Positions 22,051-30,681 are shown, counted from the first letter of the stretch. The stretch is DNA of 30,681 bases from Dehalococcoidia bacterium (GCA_030665535.1 DAOUZU010000001.1:1-30681), one strand, 5' to 3'. The notes: a model not told the origin generated them from the sequence alone. Translations and numbers: made by a program.

Positions 22051-23064
22051 ATGGTAACCAGAATCGGTATTAACGGCTTTGGCCGCATCGGCCGGCTGGC
22101 CCTGCGCACCATCAACCAGAACCACCCCGAAGACCTTGAGGTGGTGGCCGTCAACGACCTTACGGACTCGGCGACCAACGCCCACCTGCTCAAATGGGAC
22201 ACCAACTATGGCCGCTATCCCGGCACGGTGGCGGCCTCTGACGATGCCCTCACTGTTGACGGTAAGCAGATAAAGGTGCTGGCCGAGCGTGACCCGGCTA
22301 AAATACCCTGGCGGGACTTCGGCGTGGACATCGTTATCGAGTCAACCGGTTTCTTCACGGACGCTACCAAGGCGGCTGCTCACCATAGCGGCGGCGCTAA
22401 GAAGATAATCATTTCGGCCCCGGCCAAGAACGAGGACCTGACCATAGTCCTGGGGGTCAACGATGACAGCTACCAGCCGGACAAGCACCACATCGTGTCC
22501 AACGCTTCCTGCACCACCAACGGCCTGGCGCCCATAGTCAAGGTGCTGGTGGAAAACTTTGGCCTGCGTAAAGGGTTGCTGACTACAATCCATGCCTATA
22601 CCAACGATCAGCGAATAATGGATGTATTTCACAAGGACCTGCGCCGCGCCCGGGCGGCGGCCATGAATGTCATTCCCACCACCACCGGTGCCGCCTATGC
22701 CGTGACCAGGGTACTGCCGGAGTGCGAGGGCAAGCTCCACGGCATGGCCTTCAGGGTGCCCATAGCCGCCGTATCGGTGGTTGATTTCACGGTTGACCTG
22801 GAGCGCGAAGTAACCGTCGAGGATGTCAACCAGGCCTTTAAGAAGGCCTGCGACGGGCCGCTGGCCGGTATTATGGAGTACTGCACCGAAAAACTCGTTT
22901 CCAGCGATTTCAAGGGCAACCCGCACAGTTCCATCATTGATGCCCACAGCACCATGGTTATCGGCGGCACAATGGTCAAGGTACTGGCCTGGTATGACAA
23001 CGAGTGGGGCTATGCCAGCCGCCTGGCCGACCTGGCCACCTTTATGGCCGCCAAGGGGCTGTAA
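22051..23064 (+). CDS. gap: Type I glyceraldehyde-3-phosphate dehydrogenase
   Basis: GINGFGRIGR, NASCTTN, IHAYT.DQ, IPTTTGAA, GMAFRVP, WYDNEWGY; GGAGG RBS. Confidence 0.98.
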   Translation: MVTRIGINGFGRIGRLALRTINQNHPEDLEVVAVNDLTDSATNAHLLKWDTNYGRYPGTVAASDDALTVDGKQIKVLAERDPAKIPWRDFGVDIVIESTGFFTDATKAAAHHSGGAKKIIISAPAKNEDLTIVLGVNDDSYQPDKHHIVSNASCTTNGLAPIVKVLVENFGLRKGLLTTIHAYTNDQRIMDVFHKDLRRARAAAMNVIPTTTGAAYAVTRVLPECEGKLHGMAFRVPIAAVSVVDFTVDLEREVTVEDVNQAFKKACDGPLAGIMEYCTEKLVSSDFKGNPHSSIIDAHSTMVIGGTMVKVLAWYDNEWGYASRLADLATFMAAKGL

Positions 23065-23069
23065 ACGGC

Positions 23070-23132
23070 AACCGGTACTTAAGGCATATTGACATCGGCT
23101 CGTATCTATGCTTACAATAACCGGTATTTAAG
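23070..23132 (+). repeat. Imperfect 14-bp direct repeat AACCGGTA(C/T)TTAAG flanking a promoter
   Basis: aaccggtacttaag 23070-23083 and aaccggtatttaag 23119-23132 (13/14 identical, 49-bp period). Confidence 0.7.
23089..23118 (+). promoter_or_regulatory. Sigma70-type promoter for the tubulin-like gene (TTGACA-N18-TACAAT)
   Basis: ttgaca 23089-23094, tacaat 23113-23118; GGAGG RBS 23138-23142. Confidence 0.8.
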
Positions 23133-23148
23133 TACGTGGAGGAAGGTA

Positions 23149-24327
23149 ATGAAACTAGTTGTCATCGGTCTGGGGCAAGCCGGCAACCGAATCGCCGACG
23201 AGTTTGCCCGGTTAAATAAGAAAGCTCGCCGCCAGCGCGGCATTGAGATATGCCCCGGCGTCTTTGCCGTCAACACGGATGCCGCCGATTTAAGCGGTCT
23301 GACCACTATCAAGGCTGATTACCAGCACCGCATTTTAATCGGCGGCCGCAAGACCGGCGGCCACGGGGTTGGTAAGATTAATGAGCTCGGCGCCGAGATA
23401 GCCAGAGCCGACTACGACAAGGTCATCGACGCCCTGAGATCCACCAAACGCTTCTACGAGGCCGACGCCTTCCTGGTTGTCGCCGGTGCGGCCGGTGGCA
23501 CCGGCTCCGGCTCTATATCCATAATCGCCCAGCATATCAAGGAGCGCTACACAGACAAACCCATATATGCCCTCATCGCCCTGCCCTTTGAGCACGAAGA
23601 GGAGACGGAAGAAAGGACCATCTACAACACCGCCGTTTGCCTGAAATCTATCAACCAGGTTGCCGACGCTGTTATCCTGGTGGACAACCAGCGCTATGTC
23701 AGAAAAGATTTCTCCCTTAAGAACAACATATCCAAAATAAACGAACTTATCGCCGAGCCTTTCTACGACCTGCTCAGCGCCGGCGAAGAGAAGAAGGCCA
23801 AGTTTATCGGCGCCAAGACACTCGACGCCGGTGACATCATCCAGACCATCTCCGGCTGGTCGGTTATCGGCTATGGCAAATCACAGCTTAAGCTCATCAC
23901 TTTCCCCTTTGAGAGTACTTCCAACTTCAGAAAGAAAAGCGGCGAGACCTACAAGGGGATTCAGGCCATGGACGAGGCCATCAGCGAGCTTTCCTTGAGG
24001 CTCAACCCTCATGACGCCAGCCGCGGCCTGTACCTCGTTTCCGCTCCGGCCAAAGAGATGAACATGGATCTGATTAAGGAACTGGGGGAATGGATGAGGG
24101 AGTTAGCCCCCAACGCCATAATAAGAAACGGCGATTACCCCCGGGACAAGGGGGCTCTAACGGTAACCGTAATCCTCTCCGAATTGAGGGATGTAGAAAA
24201 GGTGCGCCGATACTACGCCGAATCAACAGACCTCATTCCCATGATTGAAAAACGCCAACAGGATATTAAGGTAAAGCTAAGGAGCATAGACAAGGCCGCC
24301 GATGGCATACCCTCACTGCTGGAATAA
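23149..24327 (+). CDS. Tubulin/FtsZ-superfamily GTPase, CetZ-like rather than canonical FtsZ
   Basis: MKLVVIGLGQAGNRIAD, VNTD.ADL, GHGVGKINELGAEIA, DAFLVVAGAAGGTGSG, LVDN, T7-like LDAGDI. Start at ATG 23149 after GGAGG (the track start at 23089 is the -35 box). Confidence 0.9.
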   Translation: MKLVVIGLGQAGNRIADEFARLNKKARRQRGIEICPGVFAVNTDAADLSGLTTIKADYQHRILIGGRKTGGHGVGKINELGAEIARADYDKVIDALRSTKRFYEADAFLVVAGAAGGTGSGSISIIAQHIKERYTDKPIYALIALPFEHEEETEERTIYNTAVCLKSINQVADAVILVDNQRYVRKDFSLKNNISKINELIAEPFYDLLSAGEEKKAKFIGAKTLDAGDIIQTISGWSVIGYGKSQLKLITFPFESTSNFRKKSGETYKGIQAMDEAISELSLRLNPHDASRGLYLVSAPAKEMNMDLIKELGEWMRELAPNAIIRNGDYPRDKGALTVTVILSELRDVEKVRRYYAESTDLIPMIEKRQQDIKVKLRSIDKAADGIPSLLE

Positions 24328-24350
24328 CCACAACCTTTAAGCGAAAGACG

Positions 24351-24390
24351 ATACCAGCCTGCGCATTTTTGTGTCAGGCTGGTATTTTTA
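24351..24390 (+). terminator. Intrinsic terminator after the tubulin-like gene
   Basis: 11-bp inverted repeat ataccagcctg (24351-24361) / caggctggtat (24375-24385) followed by a T run. Confidence 0.85.
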
Positions 24391-24416
24391 TTACCGCCCA
24401 GAGCCCGCCCCAAACC

Positions 24417-24446
24417 TTGGTAACCGGCTCCCTTTTAGAGTATAAT
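24417..24446 (+). promoter_or_regulatory. Candidate dnaX operon promoter (TTGGTA-N18-TATAAT)
   Basis: ttggta 24417-24422, tataat 24441-24446. Confidence 0.6.
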
Positions 24447-24459
24447 GGGCGGGAAGAAT

Positions 24460-26118
24460 ATGGCTTCTCAGGTCTTTTATCGTAAGTGGCGCCCTCAGAC
24501 CCTGGCCGACTTGGTCGGCCAGGAACATGTCACCCGCACCATCCTTAACGCCCTCAAAACGGAGCGCCTGTCCCACGCCTATCTCTTCTGCGGCCCCCGC
24601 GGCACCGGCAAGACCAGCACCGGCCGTATCCTGGCCAAAGCGGTCAACTGCCTTACCAACAAGGGTAAGGCCGAGCCCTGCAACGAGTGCGCCATCTGCC
24701 AGGCCATCACCGAGGGCCGCTCTCTGGACGTAATTGAGATTGACGCCGCCAGCAACACCGGCGTTGACGACATCCGCGCCCTCCGCGAAAAGGTAAATTA
24801 TGCCCCCGCCCAGGCCGAATACAAGATATATATCATAGACGAAGTCCATATGCTTTCCACAAACGCCGCCAACGCTCTCTTAAAGACCCTTGAAGAGCCT
24901 CCACCACGCGTTATCTTCGTCCTGGCCACCACCGAGGCCCATAAGGTGCTGCCCACCACCATATCCAGGTGCCAGCGCTTTGATTTCCACCGCCTCTCCC
25001 AGCAGGATATAGAATCAAAGCTCAGCCGCATCACAAAGGCTGAGGGCATCAAGATTCAGCCGCAGGCCCTGCGCCTTATTACCCGCAGCGCCGGTGGCAG
25101 CCTGAGGGATGCCGAGAACCTGCTAGAGCAGCTAACCACCTACTACGGGAGCAGCGTAAAGCTCAAGCAGGCCCAGGAGATGCTGGGCATCACCGGGGAC
25201 AAGCGGGCCGGAGAAATGGTGGGGCATATCATGGCAAACGATATCACCGCCGGTATGAGAGTCTTAAACGCCGTCACCAACGACGGCCTGGATTTGAAGC
25301 AATTTAACCGAGAACTGGTGGCCTACCTGCGACAACTCCTGCTGGTGAAGGCCGGTTCCGAAGAGGCGGGCGACTTCACCGCCGAGGAACTCGCCGTGTT
25401 GAAAGACATCGCCAGCCGGGCCGATATGGAGCAGATACTTAAAACGGTCAAGGCTTTCGGCCGGCTTGAGCTTGGCTTTGACGGCAGCTACAGCCTTCCC
25501 CTTGAACTGGCCCTGGTTGAGGCTGCCGAACTGCCCACGGTGCAAACACCACGCCAGGATACAAAGTGTCAGCAGGCTAAACCCGTGGAGCCGTCGCCCT
25601 TAGCGGATAAACCAAAAGTGACCAGGCCTAAAGATTCTAAGCCTGAAGAAAAACAGCCCCCACCACCACCGAAACAGTCCGTGGCAAAGCCAGAGGCGGC
25701 CAAGACCCCGACCCAACCGCCGGCGTCCAATGCCCTTCCGGCCACCCCGGCGGCAACGCCACCAGCGACGGAAGCGGCGGGCATTGAAAGCAAGTTGGAT
25801 GAGCTGCAGCGTGACTGGAGGAGCGTCATTGAAGGAGCGCCGCAGAGCACCCGGCGGACGGCGGCCCTGGCCATTCTCAGAAGCGCCGGAGTCACGCCGA
25901 TAGCCATCAAAAACGGCGTCGTCATCCTGGCCTTCAAATACACCTATCACAAGGAGAAGATAGATGAGCCGGAAAACAAACGGGTAACGGCCGAAATACT
26001 GAGCAACTTCCTGGGACGCCCCTGCCAGGTGGAGTGCGTTTTCGAGCCAGAGGACAACCACCTGGTGCGCGAGGCCCAGCGGAGGGGCGCCCAAATTATT
26101 AAGGTGGAGGAAAAATGA
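24460..26118 (+). CDS. dnaX: DNA polymerase III subunit gamma/tau
   Basis: YRKWRPQT..DLVGQ, HAYLFCGPRGTGKT (Walker A), PCNEC..C, EIDAASN, IIDEVHML, KTLEEPP, SRCQRF. Start at ATG 24460 (MASQVF) preferred over 24445. Confidence 0.97.
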   Translation: MASQVFYRKWRPQTLADLVGQEHVTRTILNALKTERLSHAYLFCGPRGTGKTSTGRILAKAVNCLTNKGKAEPCNECAICQAITEGRSLDVIEIDAASNTGVDDIRALREKVNYAPAQAEYKIYIIDEVHMLSTNAANALLKTLEEPPPRVIFVLATTEAHKVLPTTISRCQRFDFHRLSQQDIESKLSRITKAEGIKIQPQALRLITRSAGGSLRDAENLLEQLTTYYGSSVKLKQAQEMLGITGDKRAGEMVGHIMANDITAGMRVLNAVTNDGLDLKQFNRELVAYLRQLLLVKAGSEEAGDFTAEELAVLKDIASRADMEQILKTVKAFGRLELGFDGSYSLPLELALVEAAELPTVQTPRQDTKCQQAKPVEPSPLADKPKVTRPKDSKPEEKQPPPPPKQSVAKPEAAKTPTQPPASNALPATPAATPPATEAAGIESKLDELQRDWRSVIEGAPQSTRRTAALAILRSAGVTPIAIKNGVVILAFKYTYHKEKIDEPENKRVTAEILSNFLGRPCQVECVFEPEDNHLVREAQRRGAQIIKVEEK

Positions 26119-26420
26119 GCCTATCAATGCTTAAGCAGGCCCTTGAGCTAAAATCCAAGATGGCCAAGGCGCAGAAAGAGCTGGGCAAGATGAGAGTAGA
26201 GGCAGAGACCGGTAAAGGCGCCGTTAGAGTTACGGCCACCGGCACGCAGAAACTGGTCTCCATAGAAATATCCCCTGAGGCGATAAATCCGGCCAAGCCC
26301 AAGCAGTTAGAAAGCCTGGTGCTCAAGGCGGTCAACGAAGCCTTGGACAAGTCCAATAAGCTCTCCCAGGAGCACTTGAAAAATCTGACTAGCGGCCTGA
26401 ATATACCCGGTCTCACCTAG
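26115..26420 (+). CDS. ybaB: YbaB/EbfC family nucleoid-associated protein
   Basis: 101 aa; [35 protein letters not shown], terminal IPG; canonical dnaX-ybaB-recR position; ATGA overlap with dnaX. Confidence 0.92.
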   Translation: MSLSMLKQALELKSKMAKAQKELGKMRVEAETGKGAVRVTATGTQKLVSIEISPEAINPAKPKQLESLVLKAVNEALDKSNKLSQEHLKNLTSGLNIPGLT

Positions 26421-26431
26421 AGGAGATAACC

Positions 26432-27043
26432 TTGAAAGATCGGTCTCAAGCCACCACGGAAACGGTTTCCAACCTGATAGAGCTTTTCTCGGGCCTGCCC
26501 GGCATCGGCCCCAAAAGTGCCCAGCGTCTGGCCTTTTTCCTGCTACGCGCCCCCACCGAGCACTCACGGCGCCTGGCCGAGGCCATAATAGCCGTAAAGG
26601 AGAAAACACGGCTGTGCTCATGCTGCTTCAATATTGCCGATACGGATACCTGCCCCATCTGCTCCGATATGCAGCGTGAGACAAGCTCTATCTGTGTCGT
26701 CGAGCAGCCCCAGGACATCCCCGCCCTGGAGCACACCGGGGCCTTCAAGGGGCTCTATCACGTCCTTCACGGCGCTATCTCGCCTACCGAGGGCGTCGGC
26801 ACAAAAGACCTGAGGATTAACGAGCTAATAGAGCGGCTGAAGAACGGCGCCATAGACGAGGTTATCCTGGGCACCAACCCCACCGTTGAGGGGGAGACCA
26901 CCGCCATGTACCTTTCCCGTCTCATTACGCCGCTGGGTATCAAGGTCACCCGCCTGGCCAGAGGCCTGCCTTACGGCACCGAACTGGAGTACGCCGATGA
27001 TGTCACTCTGACCCGCGCTATCGAGGGGCGGCAGAAGTTATAA
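26432..27043 (+). CDS. recR: Recombination mediator RecR
   Basis: [14 protein letters not shown], Zn finger C..C.N...[28 protein letters not shown]; TTG start after AGGAG. Confidence 0.97.
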   Translation: MKDRSQATTETVSNLIELFSGLPGIGPKSAQRLAFFLLRAPTEHSRRLAEAIIAVKEKTRLCSCCFNIADTDTCPICSDMQRETSSICVVEQPQDIPALEHTGAFKGLYHVLHGAISPTEGVGTKDLRINELIERLKNGAIDEVILGTNPTVEGETTAMYLSRLITPLGIKVTRLARGLPYGTELEYADDVTLTRAIEGRQKL

Positions 27044-27077
27044 TCTTCCCGGCAATCCCCCAATAAAGACAATTCGC

Positions 27078-27851
27078 ATGACAAAGCCGCGCAGCTATCA
27101 GACAGAAGCCATCATCATCAAGAAGACCAAGCTGGGTGAGGCGGATAGAATCCTGACCCTGTACACGCCGCTGCGGGGTAAGCTACAGGGGGTGGCCAAG
27201 GGGGTGCGGCGGCCCCGCTCCAAGCTCTCCGGCCACCTGGAGCTGCTTACCTACAGCCAGGTGTGGTTTGCCCGTGGGCGCAATATTGACACCATTACCG
27301 GCTGCCAGACCATAAACGGTTTTATTGAGTTGAAGAGCCACCTGGAGCTGACCTCTGTCGCCCTCTATGCCACCGAACTGGTCAACCTGTTTACCGCCGA
27401 GCACATTGAGAACCATCCCCTCTTCCGACTGCTGTTGGAGACGATGGAGCGGCTGACCGCCGACGCTGATAGCCGGCTGGCCCTGCGCTACTTCGAGCTG
27501 CACCTGCTGGACAAAGTCGGCTACCGCCCCCGCCTGAGACAGTGCACGGCCTGTCACCAGCCCCTGGCGGCGGTATCAAACTTCTTTTGCCCCCCTTCCG
27601 GCGGCATGCTCTGCCCCACCTGCGCCGTTGAGCAGCCGACGGCCTTCACCGTCTCGGTCAATGCCCTTAAAGTGCTGTGTTATCTCCAGGAAAAAGACTT
27701 TGCCGCCGCCAGCCGGCTCAGGCTCAGCCCGGAGCTTGAAAAAGAGCTTGAGGGACTGCTGCGAAGCTACCTGGGTTACCTCCTGGAACGAGAGGTCAAG
27801 TCTGCCACCTGGCTGGACAGTCTCAGGGAGCAGGCTCTTCTCGGCCCATAG
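27078..27851 (+). CDS. recO: DNA repair protein RecO
   Basis: EADRILTLYT..RGKL.GVAKGVRR..SKL.G.LE; YFEL.LL...GY.P.L..C..C; GG.LC..C. Confidence 0.95.
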   Translation: MTKPRSYQTEAIIIKKTKLGEADRILTLYTPLRGKLQGVAKGVRRPRSKLSGHLELLTYSQVWFARGRNIDTITGCQTINGFIELKSHLELTSVALYATELVNLFTAEHIENHPLFRLLLETMERLTADADSRLALRYFELHLLDKVGYRPRLRQCTACHQPLAAVSNFFCPPSGGMLCPTCAVEQPTAFTVSVNALKVLCYLQEKDFAAASRLRLSPELEKELEGLLRSYLGYLLEREVKSATWLDSLREQALLGP

Positions 27852-27855
27852 CCAC

Positions 27856-27885
27856 TTTACTCCAGGCTCAGGATAAGAATATAAT
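27856..27885 (+). promoter_or_regulatory. Candidate lysS-serS promoter (TTTACT-N18-TATAAT)
   Basis: tttact 27856-27861, tataat 27880-27885. Confidence 0.5.
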
Positions 27886-27936
27886 GCAATATCTTAAAAC
27901 GGCGCCCGGATAGCTGGACGCCCCGGCGGGGTGTAG

Positions 27937-29442
27937 ATGACATCAAGACTTGACAACGTAACCCGGCAGAGACTGCAAAAACTTGACCAGATCCGCCGCC
28001 GCGGCATAAACCCCTACCCCAACAGGTACCACCGCAGCCACACCGCCACCCAGGCAAAATCTCTGCTGGAGAAACAGGGCAGCGACAAGGCGGAGATGCC
28101 TGAAGTCGCTGTCGCCGGGCGGCTTACCGCCCACCGCAGTATGGGTGAAATCCACTTCCTGGATATACGCGACGGCTCCGGTAAAATACAGCTCCACATC
28201 CACAAGAAGCAACTGTCCGGGGACAGCCTCCAGCTACTCAACGACCTTGATATCGGCGATATTATCGGCGCCGGTGGTAAACCCTGCTACACCAAGCGGG
28301 GCGAGCCCAGCATCGATACCCGCCAACTTACCCTGCTGGCCAAGTCCCTCAAGCCCCTGCCGGAGAAGTGGCACGGCCTTCAGGACGTGGACACCAGCTA
28401 CCGCCAGCGCTACCTGGACCTCATCAGCAACCCCCAGGCCAAGGAGACCTTCATGGTGCGCAGTCGTGTCATCGCCGCCGTGAGAGACTTTTTGAATCAG
28501 AGGGACTTCCTGGAGGTAGAGACGCCTATGCTCCAGCCCTCGGCCGGCGGCGCCCTGGCCCGTCCCTTCGTCACCCACCACCATGCCCTCGACCACGACT
28601 TCTACCTGCGCATCGCCCTGGAGCTGCATTTAAAGAGGCTGATTATCGGCGGTTTTGATCGGGTTTATGAGCTGGGGCGCACCTTCCGCAACGAGGGCAT
28701 CTCCACCCGGCACAACCCGGAGTTTACCATGCTGGAGAGCTACCAGGCCTATGCCGACTATAACGACGTGATGAATATGCTGGAGGGGATGGCCTCCGAA
28801 ATCGTCAATAAAATACACGGCGGCTCCAGAGTAGAATATGGCGACGCCACCATCAACTTTGAACCACCCTGGCCGCGCCTCCCGCTGCGGCAGGCAATTG
28901 CCGAACAAAGCGGCATTGACTTTGGCGAGTTCCCGGATGCGGACTCGCTCCGGGCGGAGATGACCAGGCGAGGTATACAGGCCGACCCGTCCAAGGATAG
29001 GGGACGGCTCATAGACGAGCTTTTGTCCACCTTCGTTGAGCCCAAGCTGGTTCAGCCCACCTTCCTCGTTGACTATCCAGTGGATATGTCTCCGCTGGCC
29101 AAGACCAAACCCGGCGACGACAGCCTGGTGGAGCGCTTCGAGGCTTTCGCCGGCGGCATGGAGATAGCCAACGCCTTCACTGAGCTAAACGACCCCGTTG
29201 AGCAGCGGCGGCGCTTCGCCAGCCAGATGAAGCACAAGATACAGGTCACCGCCAGCGAAGCCGCCCATAGTATTGACGAGGAGATAGAAACGGTTGACGA
29301 GGACTTCCTGCTTGCCCTGGAGCACGGCATGCCGCCCACCGGCGGGCTGGGGGTGGGTATAGACCGCCTGGTGATGCTGCTGACCAACCAGCAGTCCATC
29401 CGCGAAGTAATCCTGTTTCCGCAACTCAGGGAGAAGGAATAG
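27937..29442 (+). CDS. lysS: Lysine--tRNA ligase (class II)
   Basis: YRQRYLDL, FLEVETPML, GGA.ARPF.THH, LRIALELHLKRL, FRNEG....HNPEFT, ERFE, GMPPTGGLG.GIDRL. Confidence 0.98.
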   Translation: MTSRLDNVTRQRLQKLDQIRRRGINPYPNRYHRSHTATQAKSLLEKQGSDKAEMPEVAVAGRLTAHRSMGEIHFLDIRDGSGKIQLHIHKKQLSGDSLQLLNDLDIGDIIGAGGKPCYTKRGEPSIDTRQLTLLAKSLKPLPEKWHGLQDVDTSYRQRYLDLISNPQAKETFMVRSRVIAAVRDFLNQRDFLEVETPMLQPSAGGALARPFVTHHHALDHDFYLRIALELHLKRLIIGGFDRVYELGRTFRNEGISTRHNPEFTMLESYQAYADYNDVMNMLEGMASEIVNKIHGGSRVEYGDATINFEPPWPRLPLRQAIAEQSGIDFGEFPDADSLRAEMTRRGIQADPSKDRGRLIDELLSTFVEPKLVQPTFLVDYPVDMSPLAKTKPGDDSLVERFEAFAGGMEIANAFTELNDPVEQRRRFASQMKHKIQVTASEAAHSIDEEIETVDEDFLLALEHGMPPTGGLGVGIDRLVMLLTNQQSIREVILFPQLREKE

Positions 29443-29444
29443 CA

Positions 29445-30681
29445 GTGCTTGACCTTAAATTCATAAGGGAGAACAGCGAGCTGGTGCTCAAGGCGATGGC
29501 CGATCGCCAGACGCAGGCACCGGTAGCGGAGATACTGGAGCTTGACGGCGAGCGCCGCCGGCAGGTCACCCGGCTCGACGAACTCCGGCGGCAGCGTAAG
29601 GAGCTTGCCCGGCAAAGGGAGGAGGCCGCTGCTGAGGGACGCCGCCTGCGCGACGAGATAAAGTCCCAGGAAGAAACGCTGCGCCGGCTGGACAGCCAGC
29701 TTAACGACCTTCTGCTAAGGGTGCCCAACATCCCCGATCCTTTAGTGCCGGTGGGTCAGGACGAAAAAGACAACGTCGTCCTGCGCCACTGGGGAGATAT
29801 GCCCACCTTTGCCTTCAAACCGGCGCCCCACTGGGAACTCGGTGAACAGCTGGGCATCATAGATTTTGAAAGAGGGGCCAAGCTTTCCGGCAGCCGTTTC
29901 TACGTGTTGAGCGGCGCTGGCGCCCGGTTGCAGAGGGCCCTCATCGCCTACATGCTGAACCTTCACACTTTGAAACATGGCTATCGCGAGGTCTATCTGC
30001 CCTTTATGGTCAAGAAATACTGCATGGTCGGCTCTGGAAACCTGCCCAAGTTCGCCGATAACCTCTATCACGATGAAGAGGACGACCTGTGGTTCGTGCC
30101 CACCGCCGAGGTGCCCCTGACCAACCTCCACCGCGACGAGATAATCCCGCCCGGTATGCTGCCCTTAAAATACGCCGCCTACACGGCCTGCTTCCGGCGG
30201 GAGAAGATGTCCGCCGGCAAAGACACGAGGGGTATCAAACGAGGGCACCAGTTTGATAAGGTTGAGATTTACAAGTTCACCGAGCCGGAAGCCTCCAGTG
30301 ATGAACTGGACAGTCTTTTAAAGGACGCCGAGGATGTCTGCCGGGGACTGGGGCTGCCCTACCGTGTGAAGCAGCTCTGCACCGCCGATCTGGGCTTCGC
30401 CGCCGCCAAGTCCTACGATATTGAGATGTGGGCCCCCGGTATCGGCGAGTGGCTGGAGGTCAGCTCCTGCTCCAACACCGGGAACTTCCAGGCGCGACGG
30501 ACGAACATTCGCTACCGCCCCTCCGCGGAGAGCCGCCCCGAGTTCGTCCATACCCTCAACGGCTCCGGCCTGGCCCTGCCCCGGGTGCTGATTGCCGTGA
30601 TGGAGAGCTGTCAGCAGGCCGATGGCAGCATAACCATTCCCGAAGCCCTGCGGCCCTTTATGGGGCAAAAAGTAATCAGTT
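29445..30681 (+). CDS. serS: Serine--tRNA ligase (3' end truncated by the window edge; missing from the ORF track)
   Basis: Translated by hand from GTG 29445: MLDLKFIREN..., VPNIPD, PHWELG, KLSGSRF, PTAEVPLTN, CFRRE, RGHQFDKVE, KSYDIE.W, EVSSCSN, HTLNGSGLA. No stop before the window end. Confidence 0.98.
   Translation, partial: MLDLKFIRENSELVLKAMADRQTQAPVAEILELDGERRRQVTRLDELRRQRKELARQREEAAAEGRRLRDEIKSQEETLRRLDSQLNDLLLRVPNIPDPLVPVGQDEKDNVVLRHWGDMPTFAFKPAPHWELGEQLGIIDFERGAKLSGSRFYVLSGAGARLQRALIAYMLNLHTLKHGYREVYLPFMVKKYCMVGSGNLPKFADNLYHDEEDDLWFVPTAEVPLTNLHRDEIIPPGMLPLKYAAYTACFRREKMSAGKDTRGIKRGHQFDKVEIYKFTEPEASSDELDSLLKDAEDVCRGLGLPYRVKQLCTADLGFAAAKSYDIEMWAPGIGEWLEVSSCSNTGNFQARRTNIRYRPSAESRPEFVHTLNGSGLALPRVLIAVMESCQQADGSITIPEALRPFMGQKVIS

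Noticed and set aside
23089-23148. N-terminal extension of the tubulin-like ORF starting at TTG 23089
   Set aside because: That TTG is the -35 hexamer of the promoter. The SD-supported ATG at 23149 gives the family-typical MKLVVIG start.
27039-27044. TATAAT overlapping the recR stop as a recO promoter
   Set aside because: It arises from TTA-TAA (Leu-stop) plus T and has no plausible -35 or extended -10.

Overview
A dense, mostly housekeeping 30.7-kb window. Gene content, gene order and RNAP insertions suggest an anaerobic Chloroflexota bacterium, probably Dehalococcoidia (inference from recall, not a database result). Minus strand: rpoB-rpoC (rpoC runs off the left edge and is missing from the ORF track) and a DUF1015-like gene. 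Plus strand: ribF-tyrS; class V aminotransferase-serA-pdxT; ligA; a membrane-anchored hypothetical; pth; TIGR00725/LOG-eno-TcmP-like-2-hydroxyacyl-CoA dehydratase subunit-gap; a stand-alone tubulin/FtsZ-superfamily gene; dnaX-ybaB-recR-recO; lysS-serS (serS runs off the right edge and is also missing from the track). I found no rRNA, tRNA, CRISPR array, transposase or integrase. The most interesting signals are: (1) a CetZ-like (archaeal-type) tubulin homologue with its own promoter, operator-like repeats and terminator; (2) a candidate serine pathway built from non-canonical parts (class V aminotransferase + SerA + DUF1015); (3) a degenerate orphan TcmP-like gene coupled to an orphan Fe-S dehydratase subunit between eno and gap; (4) a probable catalytically dead, membrane-anchored cysteine-protease-like protein; (5) an abrupt low-GC 3' end on tyrS. 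All family calls come from motif recognition by eye.
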